NCBI GenBank assembly: GCA_963662285.2
Contig: CAXXMV010000008.1
Location: forward strand, 1,408,001 to 1,472,000
DNA length: 64,000 nucleotides
Source: a bacterium
Lineage (GTDB): Bacteria; Hinthialibacterota; Hinthialibacteria; Hinthialibacterales; Hinthialibacteraceae
Direction: 5' to 3'
Part shown: piece by piece, positions 31,510 through 41,576 of the stretch
How the letters are laid out: each line of letters starts with the position of its first letter
How positions within the stretch are numbered: the first letter of the stretch is position 1
Made by a program: the position numbers and the translations under genes
The notes under the pieces: generated by a model
The model's database searches: none
What the model saw: only the letters and a program-made list of their open reading frames with translations
What the model was told of the DNA's origin: nothing

Positions 31510-32676
31510 TTACTTTTTAATAATTCGAGCGCCATCGCCAATACCGCAGATCATAGTTTTGCATGGTCGTCCGTAATGCTCTTCATACAGTGTAGTAATG
31601 GTTTCAATAAATTGATCAACTCGACCCCGTTGAATGAGATTCACCGTCCAGCCAGCGAATCCACCTCCGGTTAATCGGGAACCATAGCAACCATCAAAAT
31701 TAACCGCTTGTTCGACTAACCAATCCAATTCAGGACAGCTGTTTTCAAATAAATCGCGCGAACTCTGATGAGACTGATACATCAATTCGCCTAGTTTATT
31801 GAGATCATTAACCTTAACTGCCGCGATTCCTTGCTGGACCCGTTGATTCTCAAAGAAAACATGGCGCGCCCTCATGCGTTGCACTTCATCAAGTACATCT
31901 TCATTACTGGTGAATTCTTGCATAGAAATATCGCGCAATAATTTAACCGGACGCCCCAGACGTTCGCCCAGGACGCTTGCGGCGCCTTCGCATTGCGCCC
32001 GGCGGTCTCGATATTCAGTTTCAACTAGTTCGTGTATGACTCCAGAATCACACAACACCAATTGAGGCGCTTCGGTGGAAAGCGCAATACTCTGATGTTC
32101 CAACGATTGGCAATCCAGACAGAGGAAAGAATCCTTTTTACCGAAGAAAGAAGAGAATTGATCCAAAAGACCGCAAGGCATTCCAACAAATTCATTTTCA
32201 GCCGCACGACATAATTTGGCCATTTCCATGGTTTCCATCTGGTAGGGATAGAGCGCCTTAACTATTAACGCCGTAGCAGCTTCTAGAGCAGCGGAGCTGC
32301 TAATTCCACCGCCAATCGGTAAATCGCCTCCGATCACAACCCTAAAACCACCAAATTTAACGCCTTTATTTTTCAGCTGAACCAAGACGCCTTTAAGGTA
32401 ATTCGACCAGATATGAGCAGGGTCTTGTTGAATATCATTTAGCGAAAAAGTTGTTTCATCATCCATCGCTATTGAATAAAGCGTAACCATAGAATCATCA
32501 CGCGGTTCAGCCTGGATGATAACCGTTTTATCGATGGCGACAGAGAAAACGTATCCTCCATTATAATCAGTATGATTCCCCAGAACCTCAACACGCCCCG
32601 GCGCCTGGCTGACAGCTTTTGGTTCGCTTTTATATCGCTCTTTATAGACAGACTCGCAGATGGCTTGAGCGGTCAT
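31510..32676 (-). CDS. galK: Galactokinase
   Basis: APGRVEVLGNHTDYNGG, PIGGGISSSAA, CGLLDQ, GSRLTGGGFAG; follows a galE-like gene. Confidence 0.88.
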   Translation of the reverse strand: MTAQAICESVYKERYKSEPKAVSQAPGRVEVLGNHTDYNGGYVFSVAIDKTVIIQAEPRDDSMVTLYSIAMDDETTFSLNDIQQDPAHIWSNYLKGVLVQLKNKGVKFGGFRVVIGGDLPIGGGISSSAALEAATALIVKALYPYQMETMEMAKLCRAAENEFVGMPCGLLDQFSSFFGKKDSFLCLDCQSLEHQSIALSTEAPQLVLCDSGVIHELVETEYRDRRAQCEGAASVLGERLGRPVKLLRDISMQEFTSNEDVLDEVQRMRARHVFFENQRVQQGIAAVKVNDLNKLGELMYQSHQSSRDLFENSCPELDWLVEQAVNFDGCYGSRLTGGGFAGWTVNLIQRGRVDQFIETITTLYEEHYGRPCKTMICGIGDGARIIKK

Positions 32677-32707
32677 TTATATCTCTCCCTTATTATGAAA
32701 CTTAAAA

Positions 32708-33655
32708 TTATTCTTCTGAATTGATCTTGTCTTTAAAAAATTCTACCGTACGACGAAGCCCTTCATCAGCATTAAATTCCGGCGACCAATTTAGATGCTT
32801 TTTGATTTTCTGGTTGGACAAACAAGAGTGCAGAACATCTCCTGGCCGCGGATCTGCATATATTGGTTTTTGAGTCGAACCAGCATGTTTTGCGATTAAA
32901 TCGAAGATAGTATTTATATTGGTTTGAATCTGAGTGCTGACATTGAAGGCCGGGAAAATTGCAGCATCAATGTCCGCATCCATCGCAGCTATATTGGCGC
33001 TGGCCACATCTTCAACAAAAACGAAATCACGAGTTTGTTGGCCGTCTCCATAAATTAAGGCCTCTTTTCCTTTGAGCAGATGTTCGCAGAATATCGACGC
33101 AACACCCGCTTCTCCATGGGGGTCCTGGCGTGGACCATAAACATTGGCATATCGAAGCGCAACGAAATCAATGCCGAATTGATAGCGGTAATAGTACAAG
33201 TAACGCTCAACTACGTATTTACTTATTCCATAAGGCGAGACGCCATAAGTTGAACCTTCTTCGACCAGCGGCAGAGATTCCGGTTCGCCGTACGATGCCC
33301 CGGATGAAGCGTACACTACCCGTTCAACATTATATTTACGGCAATACTCCAACAGATTAATCGAACCTAAAATATTGAGTTGAGCATCCATCTCCGGTTC
33401 ACGAACCGAGACTGAAACGCTCACTTGAGCTGCATGATGAAATACAATCTGGGGATGTTCCTTTTCGAATATTGACTCCAGATCATAACAAATATCCGCT
33501 TCGTACAGAGTGACTTCGTCAGGTAGATACTCCCGTTTTCCCGAACTGAGATCATCGACCACGGCAACGCTATGCCCTTGCGCCACTAAAAGACCAACAA
33601 TATGAGAACCGATAAATCCCGCTCCTCCAGTAACCAAACAGCGCTTTTTACCCAT
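32708..33655 (-). CDS. NAD-dependent epimerase (UDP-glucose 4-epimerase-like)
   Basis: TGGAGFIG, YGISK, RYANVYGPRQDPHGEAGV; GGAG SD before the ATG at 33655. Confidence 0.92.
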   Translation of the reverse strand: MGKKRCLVTGGAGFIGSHIVGLLVAQGHSVAVVDDLSSGKREYLPDEVTLYEADICYDLESIFEKEHPQIVFHHAAQVSVSVSVREPEMDAQLNILGSINLLEYCRKYNVERVVYASSGASYGEPESLPLVEEGSTYGVSPYGISKYVVERYLYYYRYQFGIDFVALRYANVYGPRQDPHGEAGVASIFCEHLLKGKEALIYGDGQQTRDFVFVEDVASANIAAMDADIDAAIFPAFNVSTQIQTNINTIFDLIAKHAGSTQKPIYADPRPGDVLHSCLSNQKIKKHLNWSPEFNADEGLRRTVEFFKDKINSEE

Positions 33656-33693
33656 TATACGCTCCCCAAAAAAACTATATATAACCAAAAACG

Positions 33694-33876
33694 TAACAGG
33701 TCAGCCATATGAATTAGTAACATTATAACTATGCTTTATACAAGGCTTTTTATTAAAATTCTCCCCCCAAGTTTGGGGGGAGTTAGGAGGGGGGTTGCGT
33801 TTCAACGAATCAACCCCCACCTAACCTCCCCCAGGCTTGGGGGAGGGATAACGCACTTCAATTGGCTGACCTGTTA
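33694..33876. repeat. 183-bp MITE-like element with internal G/C-run palindromes
   Basis: 20-bp terminal inverted repeats, 18/20 match (TAACAGGTCAGCCATATGAA / TTCAATTGGCTGACCTGTTA). Interior CTCCCCCCAAG-TTTGGGGGGAG and CCTCCCCCAGG-CTTGGGGGAGG. Confidence 0.75.
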
Positions 33877-33918
33877 ACAAAAAACCTTATATGTTATCAC
33901 AATACTACCGAGTAAATA

Positions 33919-35967
33919 CTATTTTTCAGGAAAAATGCATGATAGCCGATAGAACATCGTCCCGTGAACCCCTGCGCGAAAGGAGAGTTTCCCGTCTTCG
34001 TATTGGTAAGGAATTGTTTTGATGATTTCTCCATTTCCATCTATGGCCTGGACTATCCAATTGGAGTATTGCGTCGTAATAAACAGGCGCACTGGAGTTT
34101 CACGGAGTAAGATAGGCGCCTTGCCGACATTGGTTACGCCCAGCATCCCTCCACCGGCAGGTTCACTTTGAAAATCTAGATTTTTAGCTTGCGAGACAAC
34201 CGTAATCCATATTTCCTTTGAATCAGGCAGCGCTTTATCATCCAGACTGCTGGCGCTGACTACAGCGAAATCTTCTTCGCTTAGCACATCTAAATGCGCT
34301 AATTCGCCAAAACCAAGTTTACTTAAACGACCAATAACCGCCTGGGTTTGAGAAGCATCAATCAACACCAGACCACGTTTCACATCACGCCGCAGCATTG
34401 ACTTGGGATTGGCTTCCAATAAATACGCGCCAATATCCTCCGGTTGAGTCGGGCTAAAAATTGAAGCCCTTGAGGAACGAATGCCTAACTTGACCGAAAC
34501 TCCAACCGTTTCCACTAACCGGGTAGTCATGCAAGATGAGGGAGTTACAGGTTTATCGGCAAATATTATCGATTCGGGTACAGCCATAAAAACCTGCTTC
34601 GTGGCTGGTTTCAATCCCCCGCGGTGAAACAACAAGGCGGCGGAGGGCATCAGACCAAAGACGCATGGATCATTAAACGATTCGAAAGGCGCCGTCATGA
34701 AATCCACGTCTGGATCATGAAAAGAACGATAGGTCGAGGAGATGCATCCCCGCCATCCCTGAAAACAAGCCATGGCCGCCATCCACAACGGCAATTCCGC
34801 CCGGTAATCACCAGGCCAAGGATTGCCCCATTTGGAGACTACGAAAGGTTTTTGCGATATGCGGGAAAAAGCCAATTCAGAGAACAGATTCCCTTCCCTG
34901 ACTGGATCAGTATCAGCCATCCGCCGGTTGCCATAAGCCTGAACCGGTATATATGGAGGATTCCAAATAGCTTCAGCATGAACGAAATCGAGCGATGCGG
35001 CTGGATTCAAATCGACGGTTGAGATGACGGAATTGGTGGATGTTATGGGCGCTTTAATGCTGAATTGCCGCAAAAAATTGAAGAAACCAGTGACGCTTTC
35101 CTCCATCACGATGGACAGAAAGCGCCGCATATTCGGGGTTGGCGATTTCCAGGTAAATTCCGGCGGTTCGTCTAGTTTTTCTTTTTGAAGCCATTTTCCC
35201 CAATGTTCATTAAACTGATCGCTATAAGGTTGAATCCGTGGTCGATCAAGGTTCAGATTATTATCATTAAACAACTCGGTTAACACAATGGAGGGATTGT
35301 CGCGGTATTGACTATCGATATAACGGCTGCGATGCGACCAAAATGCTTCAAGAAAATCCTGATGCAACAACTGCATTTCCGGAACAAAATAGATATAGCC
35401 TTTCAATCCGGGCGGCAGAAATTTCCAGGAGAGAATGTCATCTTCCTTTTTCAATTGCCGGGAAGTCAAACCGTCAAACCATGCATATATCCCACGGTTT
35501 TCCAATTGATACAAGAAAAAATCCAGACGATCCAGGGCTTCCTGATTTAATAATTGGTTTTTTGACGGATCAAGTTCAAACAGGTTCGGTTCAGCCCAAC
35601 CAGCGTCAATCTGATGGAAACGAACCAGGTTAATGCCAAAACGGGATAATCGGTCTGCAATCACAGGCGCCTGTTCTGGCGTTGGAAAACAACCTGAGCC
35701 TGAAACAGTTGTTCCCCATATCCTGAATTCCACGCCATCCTGGAAAACGAATTTGCCGTTTTTAATATCTAAAAAGCCATGCTTCCCTGCGGGAGGATCA
35801 AGAAGAAATGAGAGATTGACCGGAGCGGCGTCCCATTGCATGGAGAATGGCCGCCAAGAATCTGCATAAGAAGTGCTTTGACAGAGAAAAACCACAACAA
35901 TAAAACGCCATGCAATACTATTCATTAATAAATCCTGAAAAAATGAAATTACGATAATCTTATACAA
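33919..35967 (-). CDS. Secreted clan GH-A (GH5-like) glycoside hydrolase homologue, probably inactive
   Basis: PAGKHGF, GINLVRFH, LDRLDFF..RGIY, YRAE. Catalytic positions read ND and SK. Possible start at 35925. Confidence 0.75.
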   Translation of the reverse strand: MYKIIVISFFQDLLMNSIAWRFIVVVFLCQSTSYADSWRPFSMQWDAAPVNLSFLLDPPAGKHGFLDIKNGKFVFQDGVEFRIWGTTVSGSGCFPTPEQAPVIADRLSRFGINLVRFHQIDAGWAEPNLFELDPSKNQLLNQEALDRLDFFLYQLENRGIYAWFDGLTSRQLKKEDDILSWKFLPPGLKGYIYFVPEMQLLHQDFLEAFWSHRSRYIDSQYRDNPSIVLTELFNDNNLNLDRPRIQPYSDQFNEHWGKWLQKEKLDEPPEFTWKSPTPNMRRFLSIVMEESVTGFFNFLRQFSIKAPITSTNSVISTVDLNPAASLDFVHAEAIWNPPYIPVQAYGNRRMADTDPVREGNLFSELAFSRISQKPFVVSKWGNPWPGDYRAELPLWMAAMACFQGWRGCISSTYRSFHDPDVDFMTAPFESFNDPCVFGLMPSAALLFHRGGLKPATKQVFMAVPESIIFADKPVTPSSCMTTRLVETVGVSVKLGIRSSRASIFSPTQPEDIGAYLLEANPKSMLRRDVKRGLVLIDASQTQAVIGRLSKLGFGELAHLDVLSEEDFAVVSASSLDDKALPDSKEIWITVVSQAKNLDFQSEPAGGGMLGVTNVGKAPILLRETPVRLFITTQYSNWIVQAIDGNGEIIKTIPYQYEDGKLSFRAGVHGTMFYRLSCIFPEK

Positions 35968-36124
35968 TTATTTATTCATCGTAATCAGCAATGACCTTAC
36001 CAATATAACGAATTATCAACAGTTATTGAAAAGTTTTTTGAAGTCCTAATACCAGAGAAAGTTTTCTAGAACTGAATTATAAAGTTTATCCAGTTAGCCA
36101 TAATCATTGAATTCACATTACTGA

Positions 36125-36713
36125 TTATAAACAATAACTAGAATTAGAAGATTTAGTATCGAGATCAACACAGAAAACATAAGTCTCTCCGTTGTTTATA
36201 AAAGAAAAAGTGATGGTTATACATAAATTGCCAGACGCTAATGAGATATAGGGTTCACTGACATATTTTTTCATTCCGATCATAACAAAAAAGAAATACT
36301 GCTTTATAGAGTGATCAGTTCCTTTGGGCGCAGGTGAAAAGAGGGTTTGATTACGGGAGAAATAGGTCTCCTGTTTGTTCAATACAGTGTCAGTGATTTG
36401 CACTCCTTTATCGTTAAGAATATATATGCACTCAAATGATGGATGATTATTGATCCACTCAATCAACCTGGTTTCAAATTGATCGTAGTTGATCCTGGAG
36501 AATTCATAGATAAGGTGGGATATAACCGTATCGTAGTGTTGAAATTGAGCCATTCTATTTCCAAATTTATTCAGGGTGAATTTTTTAAAATTGATGGCTG
36601 TTTCGTCAATGACCGGTTGAATACTGGCGTTTTGTTCGGTTTCCGCCGGATTGGCGGGATATGCGAAAAAATACCCCTGAAGAATATCTGCTCCCAATTC
36701 CAAACAGTAAATA
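36125..36713 (-). pseudogene. 3' fragment of an IS-interrupted EAL plus YkuI_C-like gene
   Basis: LELGADILQGYFF is the end of an EAL domain, followed by a PYISLASGNLC sensor-like domain; joins in frame to 38474-39135. Confidence 0.9.
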
Positions 36714-36767
36714 GGGCTTGCTGAAAAACGTTTTCAACTACCGAAGATTATAATCTTCGGTAGTGAC

Positions 36768-38351
36768 TCAGGGCGATGTACGAACGGGATCACTGCCGAA
36801 TGAACTTTGATTGCTGAAAAAATTGATCCAGCGTCTCCATTTTGATTTGATAAGCGTTTGAAGCGCCTCTTGTATTACCTCAATCCACAAATCGATAAAC
36901 AAAAAGAACCGATTTAAATTACCCAGTCGTGAAATCTTATGCAGATTCATTACGAACAGGTTCAATCCGATAACCGTCAGTGAGGTTTCTGCCAGTTTAG
37001 CCATGATTCTCGCCAAGCCGAAGCGACGTTTTCCCTCTCCAAATTTTCCTTCAATGGCAACACGATCTATTTCATCTTGCCGGGCGAGTTGCTTTTGTTC
37101 CCGGCGAATGATTTTATCTTTGACGGGACGTCCCATCGCTGGGCCGGATATTCTAATACCATATTTTTTGCAATAATCCCTATTACTTTTGTTCCGGTAA
37201 ATTTGATCTACATGAACCGATTCAGGAAAGAAACCAAAATGGTGGCGAAAGTTTTTTATCGTTTGAATCAAATCTGTTGACTCGTTGAAATTGTTCCAAT
37301 CAATTCTTTCCATAAACGCGAATCCATTGACCAGACTGAGATTTAGTTTTGCGCCAAACTCCGTCTCGGCATTGGCTTTGCCGCGTTTAATGGGACGCAC
37401 ATACGGAAACCAAATACTGACAATCCTGTCAGCAATACGCTTTTGTTTCGAGTCATACATGATTTTTTGTTGTCGATATAATTCGCTGATCACCAACAGC
37501 GCCCGATAGAGGTTCCGTTTCAAAACACCTAGGGAAACAGTCTGCGAGAGAGTTTTTATATGCGCCAGATTTCTATTCACATAACCCAATTGTTTACGAA
37601 TGGCTCGACGAATTACTTTGTATGGATTTCTTTTTTTCTTGGAGATAGCAAGATATTCTTTACGTGCATTTTCACGATAGGTACGTGGTTTCTTGCTGCC
37701 GTCCGGGCGTTCCTGATGGAGCCGATCAATTATCGCTTCCGTTTTTTCACGCGCTTCGTTGAGTAAATTCAAATCGGTGGGGTAACGAATATCGGCTGGA
37801 GTGCAAGTCGCATCGATCAATAACTTGCCCCGGTTCTCAACCTCGAAAGTTTCATTGCCATCCTTATTGGACGTCGATTCATCTGATAACTTCATGGAAT
37901 CTTTTGGAACGTCATCATCTTCATCTGATGATTTATCATCTTTGGGTTTCGCCGCCGCCAAGGTCATCGCTTCGTTAATTTTATTCATCGATTCGACGGG
38001 AAAACGTTTGCGGAAATGAACCATCATGGAAGCATCAAAAGGTTCTCCGGTTTGAAAACCGTCCAATCCGATAAAAAACTGGAGATAAGGATTTTCACGG
38101 ATCTGTTCGACAGTTTCACGATCTGATGCTTTGAGTTCTTCTTTGATAACCAAAGAGCCAAATGCCATTCGGGCGGTCAGAGCCGGACAACCAGTCGTCG
38201 AGCCGCTTAACTTATTTTTGTATTCACGCTCAACCACCTCCCAGGGAATCATGGCCGCTTTTTTCACCCAGCGATTATCGGGATCAAGATAACCGCCAAA
38301 GGGCAAACCAAATTCGGGAAACATCGGAGTAAAAGAGTCGTTTTTATACAT
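36768..38351 (-). CDS. IS5 family transposase
   Basis: PFGGYLDPDNRWV, ENPYLQFF, DDE motifs IDATC, VDQIY, IEGKFG.GKR. Confidence 0.95.
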   Translation of the reverse strand: MYKNDSFTPMFPEFGLPFGGYLDPDNRWVKKAAMIPWEVVEREYKNKLSGSTTGCPALTARMAFGSLVIKEELKASDRETVEQIRENPYLQFFIGLDGFQTGEPFDASMMVHFRKRFPVESMNKINEAMTLAAAKPKDDKSSDEDDDVPKDSMKLSDESTSNKDGNETFEVENRGKLLIDATCTPADIRYPTDLNLLNEAREKTEAIIDRLHQERPDGSKKPRTYRENARKEYLAISKKKRNPYKVIRRAIRKQLGYVNRNLAHIKTLSQTVSLGVLKRNLYRALLVISELYRQQKIMYDSKQKRIADRIVSIWFPYVRPIKRGKANAETEFGAKLNLSLVNGFAFMERIDWNNFNESTDLIQTIKNFRHHFGFFPESVHVDQIYRNKSNRDYCKKYGIRISGPAMGRPVKDKIIRREQKQLARQDEIDRVAIEGKFGEGKRRFGLARIMAKLAETSLTVIGLNLFVMNLHKISRLGNLNRFFLFIDLWIEVIQEALQTLIKSKWRRWINFFSNQSSFGSDPVRTSP

Positions 38352-38420
38352 CTTTATCCACTCTCAAGTGCAAAGGTTTTAAGGGTTTTATGTAATTCCC
38401 CTTGCAGGATTCATAGAATG

Positions 38421-38448
38421 AGTGTAGCATAAACTATTCATTTGTCAA
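38421..38448 (-). promoter_or_regulatory. Transposase sigma70 promoter inside the IS end
   Basis: TTGACA-N16-TACACT with extended TG (TGcTACACT). Confidence 0.6.
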
Positions 38449-38473
38449 GACTTCCATCTAAAACAGCAAGCCC

Positions 38474-39135
38474 TAAATAGATTCTTCTATACATTCTATT
38501 CCTTCCGCTATAACCAACGCTCCGAACTTGTGAGATAAATTAATTAGTGATTTGACCATTTGCTGTTTATGGTAATGCTGGTGAATATCCTGAATGAGGG
38601 ATCGATCAAGTTTTAGAATATCAGGCTTGATAAGCGTAATCCGGTCAAGATTGGAATGACCTTTGCCAAAATCGTCCAGCGCTATGAGCACTCCATGTTT
38701 TCTGGCTTGGTTGATGAAATTGAGTACAGCATCAGTGTTGCTAATTTTGCTTTCCAGAATTTCAATAACTATGGAACAATGATCCAAATTAAATTTATCG
38801 ATGCAGTCCAAAATGTATTGCAGGTTATTGGATTCTTCGCTAATCAATGTTGTTTCGTAATTGATTGTTAGAAAAGTCTTGGATTTTTTATGATTTGAAA
38901 AAGTTTCCAACGCTTTTTCAATGCAAAGTTGATTAAATTCACCAAGAAGATTGTGCTTGTTTGCCTCAGAGAATAATTGATAAGGCTGAATAATTTGATC
39001 GTCAACAAATCCACGGACCAATGCTTCAAATCCTACGATTTTTTTCTTCTGGACCGAAACAAGCGGTTGAAAAAAGGGAATAATTCTCTTTTCATCTACA
39101 ATTTTACGAATATCGATGAGATTCTGAGGCGCCAT
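38474..39135 (-). pseudogene. 5' fragment of an IS-interrupted EAL c-di-GMP phosphodiesterase gene
   Basis: FQP, GFEALVR, IEILE, ALDDFGKGHS, LKLDRS, AEGIE. Confidence 0.92.
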
Positions 39136-39720
39136 AAACTTTATGATTCACTTATCGTTAGAATATATTATAAGTCGCATTCATATAAAATAATTATACA
39201 AATTGTATTTGTATATGATAAATAATGAAGACATAAAACATATTAATTGTTTATTTTTAATGAAACAAGATAGTAGCAACTGTATAAAGAAGAGATTAAC
39301 CTCAAAAAGTTCGATTTCATTGAAAATAACATACTCACACAACTCAATTCATGCGATATTTTGGGGGAGTTTTTTTGAATGAATTTGTGTAAAAAAACTA
39401 TAACCTTGGAATATTTAAGTAAAAAAAACTATGAAAATTATACAATATTTATAAAAAAGTATTTGATTTTCCAATTATATGGACTATAATTATTCAAGTT
39501 TGATCTATAGTCTTAAGAAGTATTTGGGTTTAAAAGTAATTTTGCTGGATTGTTTTGGTAATTTATGTTAAAATAGAACAGTTAAAAAAGTTCTATTGGT
39601 TATGTAATTTAAAGATAAGTTTATTTTTAAATCCGGATAGTGTTTTATCATATTTTTTATTGGGCAATATTTTTTTCTTTTCCTCCAGGGTTGATGCAGG
39701 ACTAGGTTGTGGTTTTTAGT

Positions 39721-39763
39721 AAACGCTTATGGATGAGCGTTTGTAAATAACCAGTCCAGGAGG
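39721..39763 (+). promoter_or_regulatory. Putative CsrA-type binding sites in the leader of the PilZ-like gene
   Basis: Hairpin AAACGCTT-ATGGAT-GAGCGTTT and a CAGGA overlapping the AGGAGG SD. Confidence 0.55.
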
Positions 39764-39768
39764 AAAAA

Positions 39769-40206
39769 ATGGTTCAAAAGACTACTTTGAATCAAGGGGC
39801 TTTATGGCTCCCTCGATTTCAATCGGAGATCCCTGTCAGTTTGTATATAAACGGCAAACAGGTTCCTCCAATTGAAGCGCGGGGAGAGATAATCAGTTTC
39901 AGCAGCGCATGCCTACAGATACGATGTGATAGTGAGATTCCCATACCATCGCGTGGAATTGTACGTTTTTCGGTGGATGGATCGAACGAAGAATTATCAA
40001 TGAATGTTGATTTCGTTCAACGGGTCAAAGTATCACAGCGCATGTGGCCTTGGAGTTCAAAGACCAAATACGAGATGCAAGCCGCACTTCTGAATACTTC
40101 AGGAGAGGTATTAGAAAAGTTCAAATGTTTCATCAATACTCTCGTGTTTGGACGCCGCAACTCTAAAATGATAAGTGAAGAAGAAGCAACCAGCAAAGTT
40201 GCTTGA
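39769..40206 (+). CDS. Degenerate PilZ-like domain protein
   Basis: PRF...PV...GEIISFSSACLQI beta-barrel pattern; strong AGGAGG SD. Confidence 0.6.
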   Translation: MVQKTTLNQGALWLPRFQSEIPVSLYINGKQVPPIEARGEIISFSSACLQIRCDSEIPIPSRGIVRFSVDGSNEELSMNVDFVQRVKVSQRMWPWSSKTKYEMQAALLNTSGEVLEKFKCFINTLVFGRRNSKMISEEEATSKVA

Positions 40207-40280
40207 TAATTGCATAGCCGATATGCATGCTTGACGCTTGTTGTTAGCGCCGGATTTGTCATGCCTTGCGCTTAAATTCC

Positions 40281-41105
40281 CTAATCACTTTCCAATTGAC
40301 ATTGTGGACAGAAGTGAGAGCTGCGTCCATTAATAACCGTTCGTTGGATCTCTGCGTTACATGTTTTACATGGTTGACCGGTTAACCGGTATACGCGGTG
40401 TTTATGTTGAAACTGGCCAAAGGTTCCATCCAGTTTCTGATAGTCGCTGGTTGATGATCCGCCTGCCGCAATAGACTCTTTCAAAACTTGCTTAATATTA
40501 CGCAATAGTTGTTTAGCTTCATCATGACCAATATCTTCCGCCTTGCGCGCAGGATGAATGTTGGTTCGAAAAAGTGATTCATCCGCATAGATGTTTCCTA
40601 TTCCCGCGATTCTACGTTGATCAAGCAGGAAGGTTTTAATGGCCTGCTTGCGGTTTTGCAGCATTTCAATAAATTGAGCAGAACGCAAATCAAAGGGATC
40701 AATTCCCAGATTCTTCCATGAAGGGAAATCGGGTAAATCATCTTTGGCCAAAAGAGCGAAATACCCGAATCGCCGGGGATCCCACTGGCGCAATTCATAT
40801 TCTCCGTCATCAAAAAATATGCGTATATGAGTGTGCCTGGCCAATTCGCTTTTTGATGGCATCAACAATAACCGACCAGTCATTCCCAGGTGATGCAGCA
40901 TGACGATACCGCTTGAAAGATGAATCGCCATGATTTTGCCTTTGCGTTCTACAGATTGAATTGTCGAGCCGGATACTTTTGACCGCAGCGCATAACCGGT
41001 ATGCACATAACCTTTTCGTAGAACTTTGAGATTCTTTATCCGTCGTCCAAGAGTTAATTTTTCTAAAGATCGTTTAACTGTTTCAACTTCAGGCAGTTCA
41101 GGCAT
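40281..41105 (-). CDS. mutM: Formamidopyrimidine-DNA glycosylase
   Basis: MPELPEVET, HLGMTG, DPRRFG, GIGNIYADE, C-terminal Zn finger CKTC...CPQCQ. Confidence 0.97.
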   Translation of the reverse strand: MPELPEVETVKRSLEKLTLGRRIKNLKVLRKGYVHTGYALRSKVSGSTIQSVERKGKIMAIHLSSGIVMLHHLGMTGRLLLMPSKSELARHTHIRIFFDDGEYELRQWDPRRFGYFALLAKDDLPDFPSWKNLGIDPFDLRSAQFIEMLQNRKQAIKTFLLDQRRIAGIGNIYADESLFRTNIHPARKAEDIGHDEAKQLLRNIKQVLKESIAAGGSSTSDYQKLDGTFGQFQHKHRVYRLTGQPCKTCNAEIQRTVINGRSSHFCPQCQLESD

Positions 41106-41576
41106 TTGATTATCTTTCAATATCTATATATATTTTCGATAGAACCACAAAGACCGCAATTAGAGAGGATTTCATCATAAAGTTCTGATTCGCTCTATAT
41201 AAGATGAATTCAACATCATCATGGTTATTCATCTATAATACCCGCATGAAGAAAAATAACCACTATATCATGGATATTGTATATGGATGAATGCATGCCC
41301 GATCCTTGTTTTCAATAGGAGAATCCTGCCGTCTAACGTTTAACATAGGCGTTTTCATTGAATTTTCAATATTTATTCGGCTCGATTGGTATTAAATTGA
41401 TAGTGAAAAGTACATGAATAAATGAGCATGGATGCTCGACTCTGCTTGACTCTTGTAGGAAAGGGTGGAAAATATTGGTTCTTCTCAGTTCAAAGATTTA
41501 AAGTTACGATAGTATTATAAATAAGCCTCTCTGATCTTTCAGATAGGGTAATGTAATAAATTGATTCGAGTATTAA

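Larger units (their letters stand above)
36714..38473 (-). mobile_element. IS5-family insertion sequence, 1760 bp
   Basis: Terminal inverted repeats GGGCTTGCTG / CAGCAAGCCC; 6-bp target duplication TAAATA at 36708-36713 and 38474-38479. Confidence 0.93.

Noticed and set aside
39611-39640. Sigma28 promoter for the PilZ-like gene
   Set aside because: The -10 CCGGATAG is weak and the spacing is off by one.
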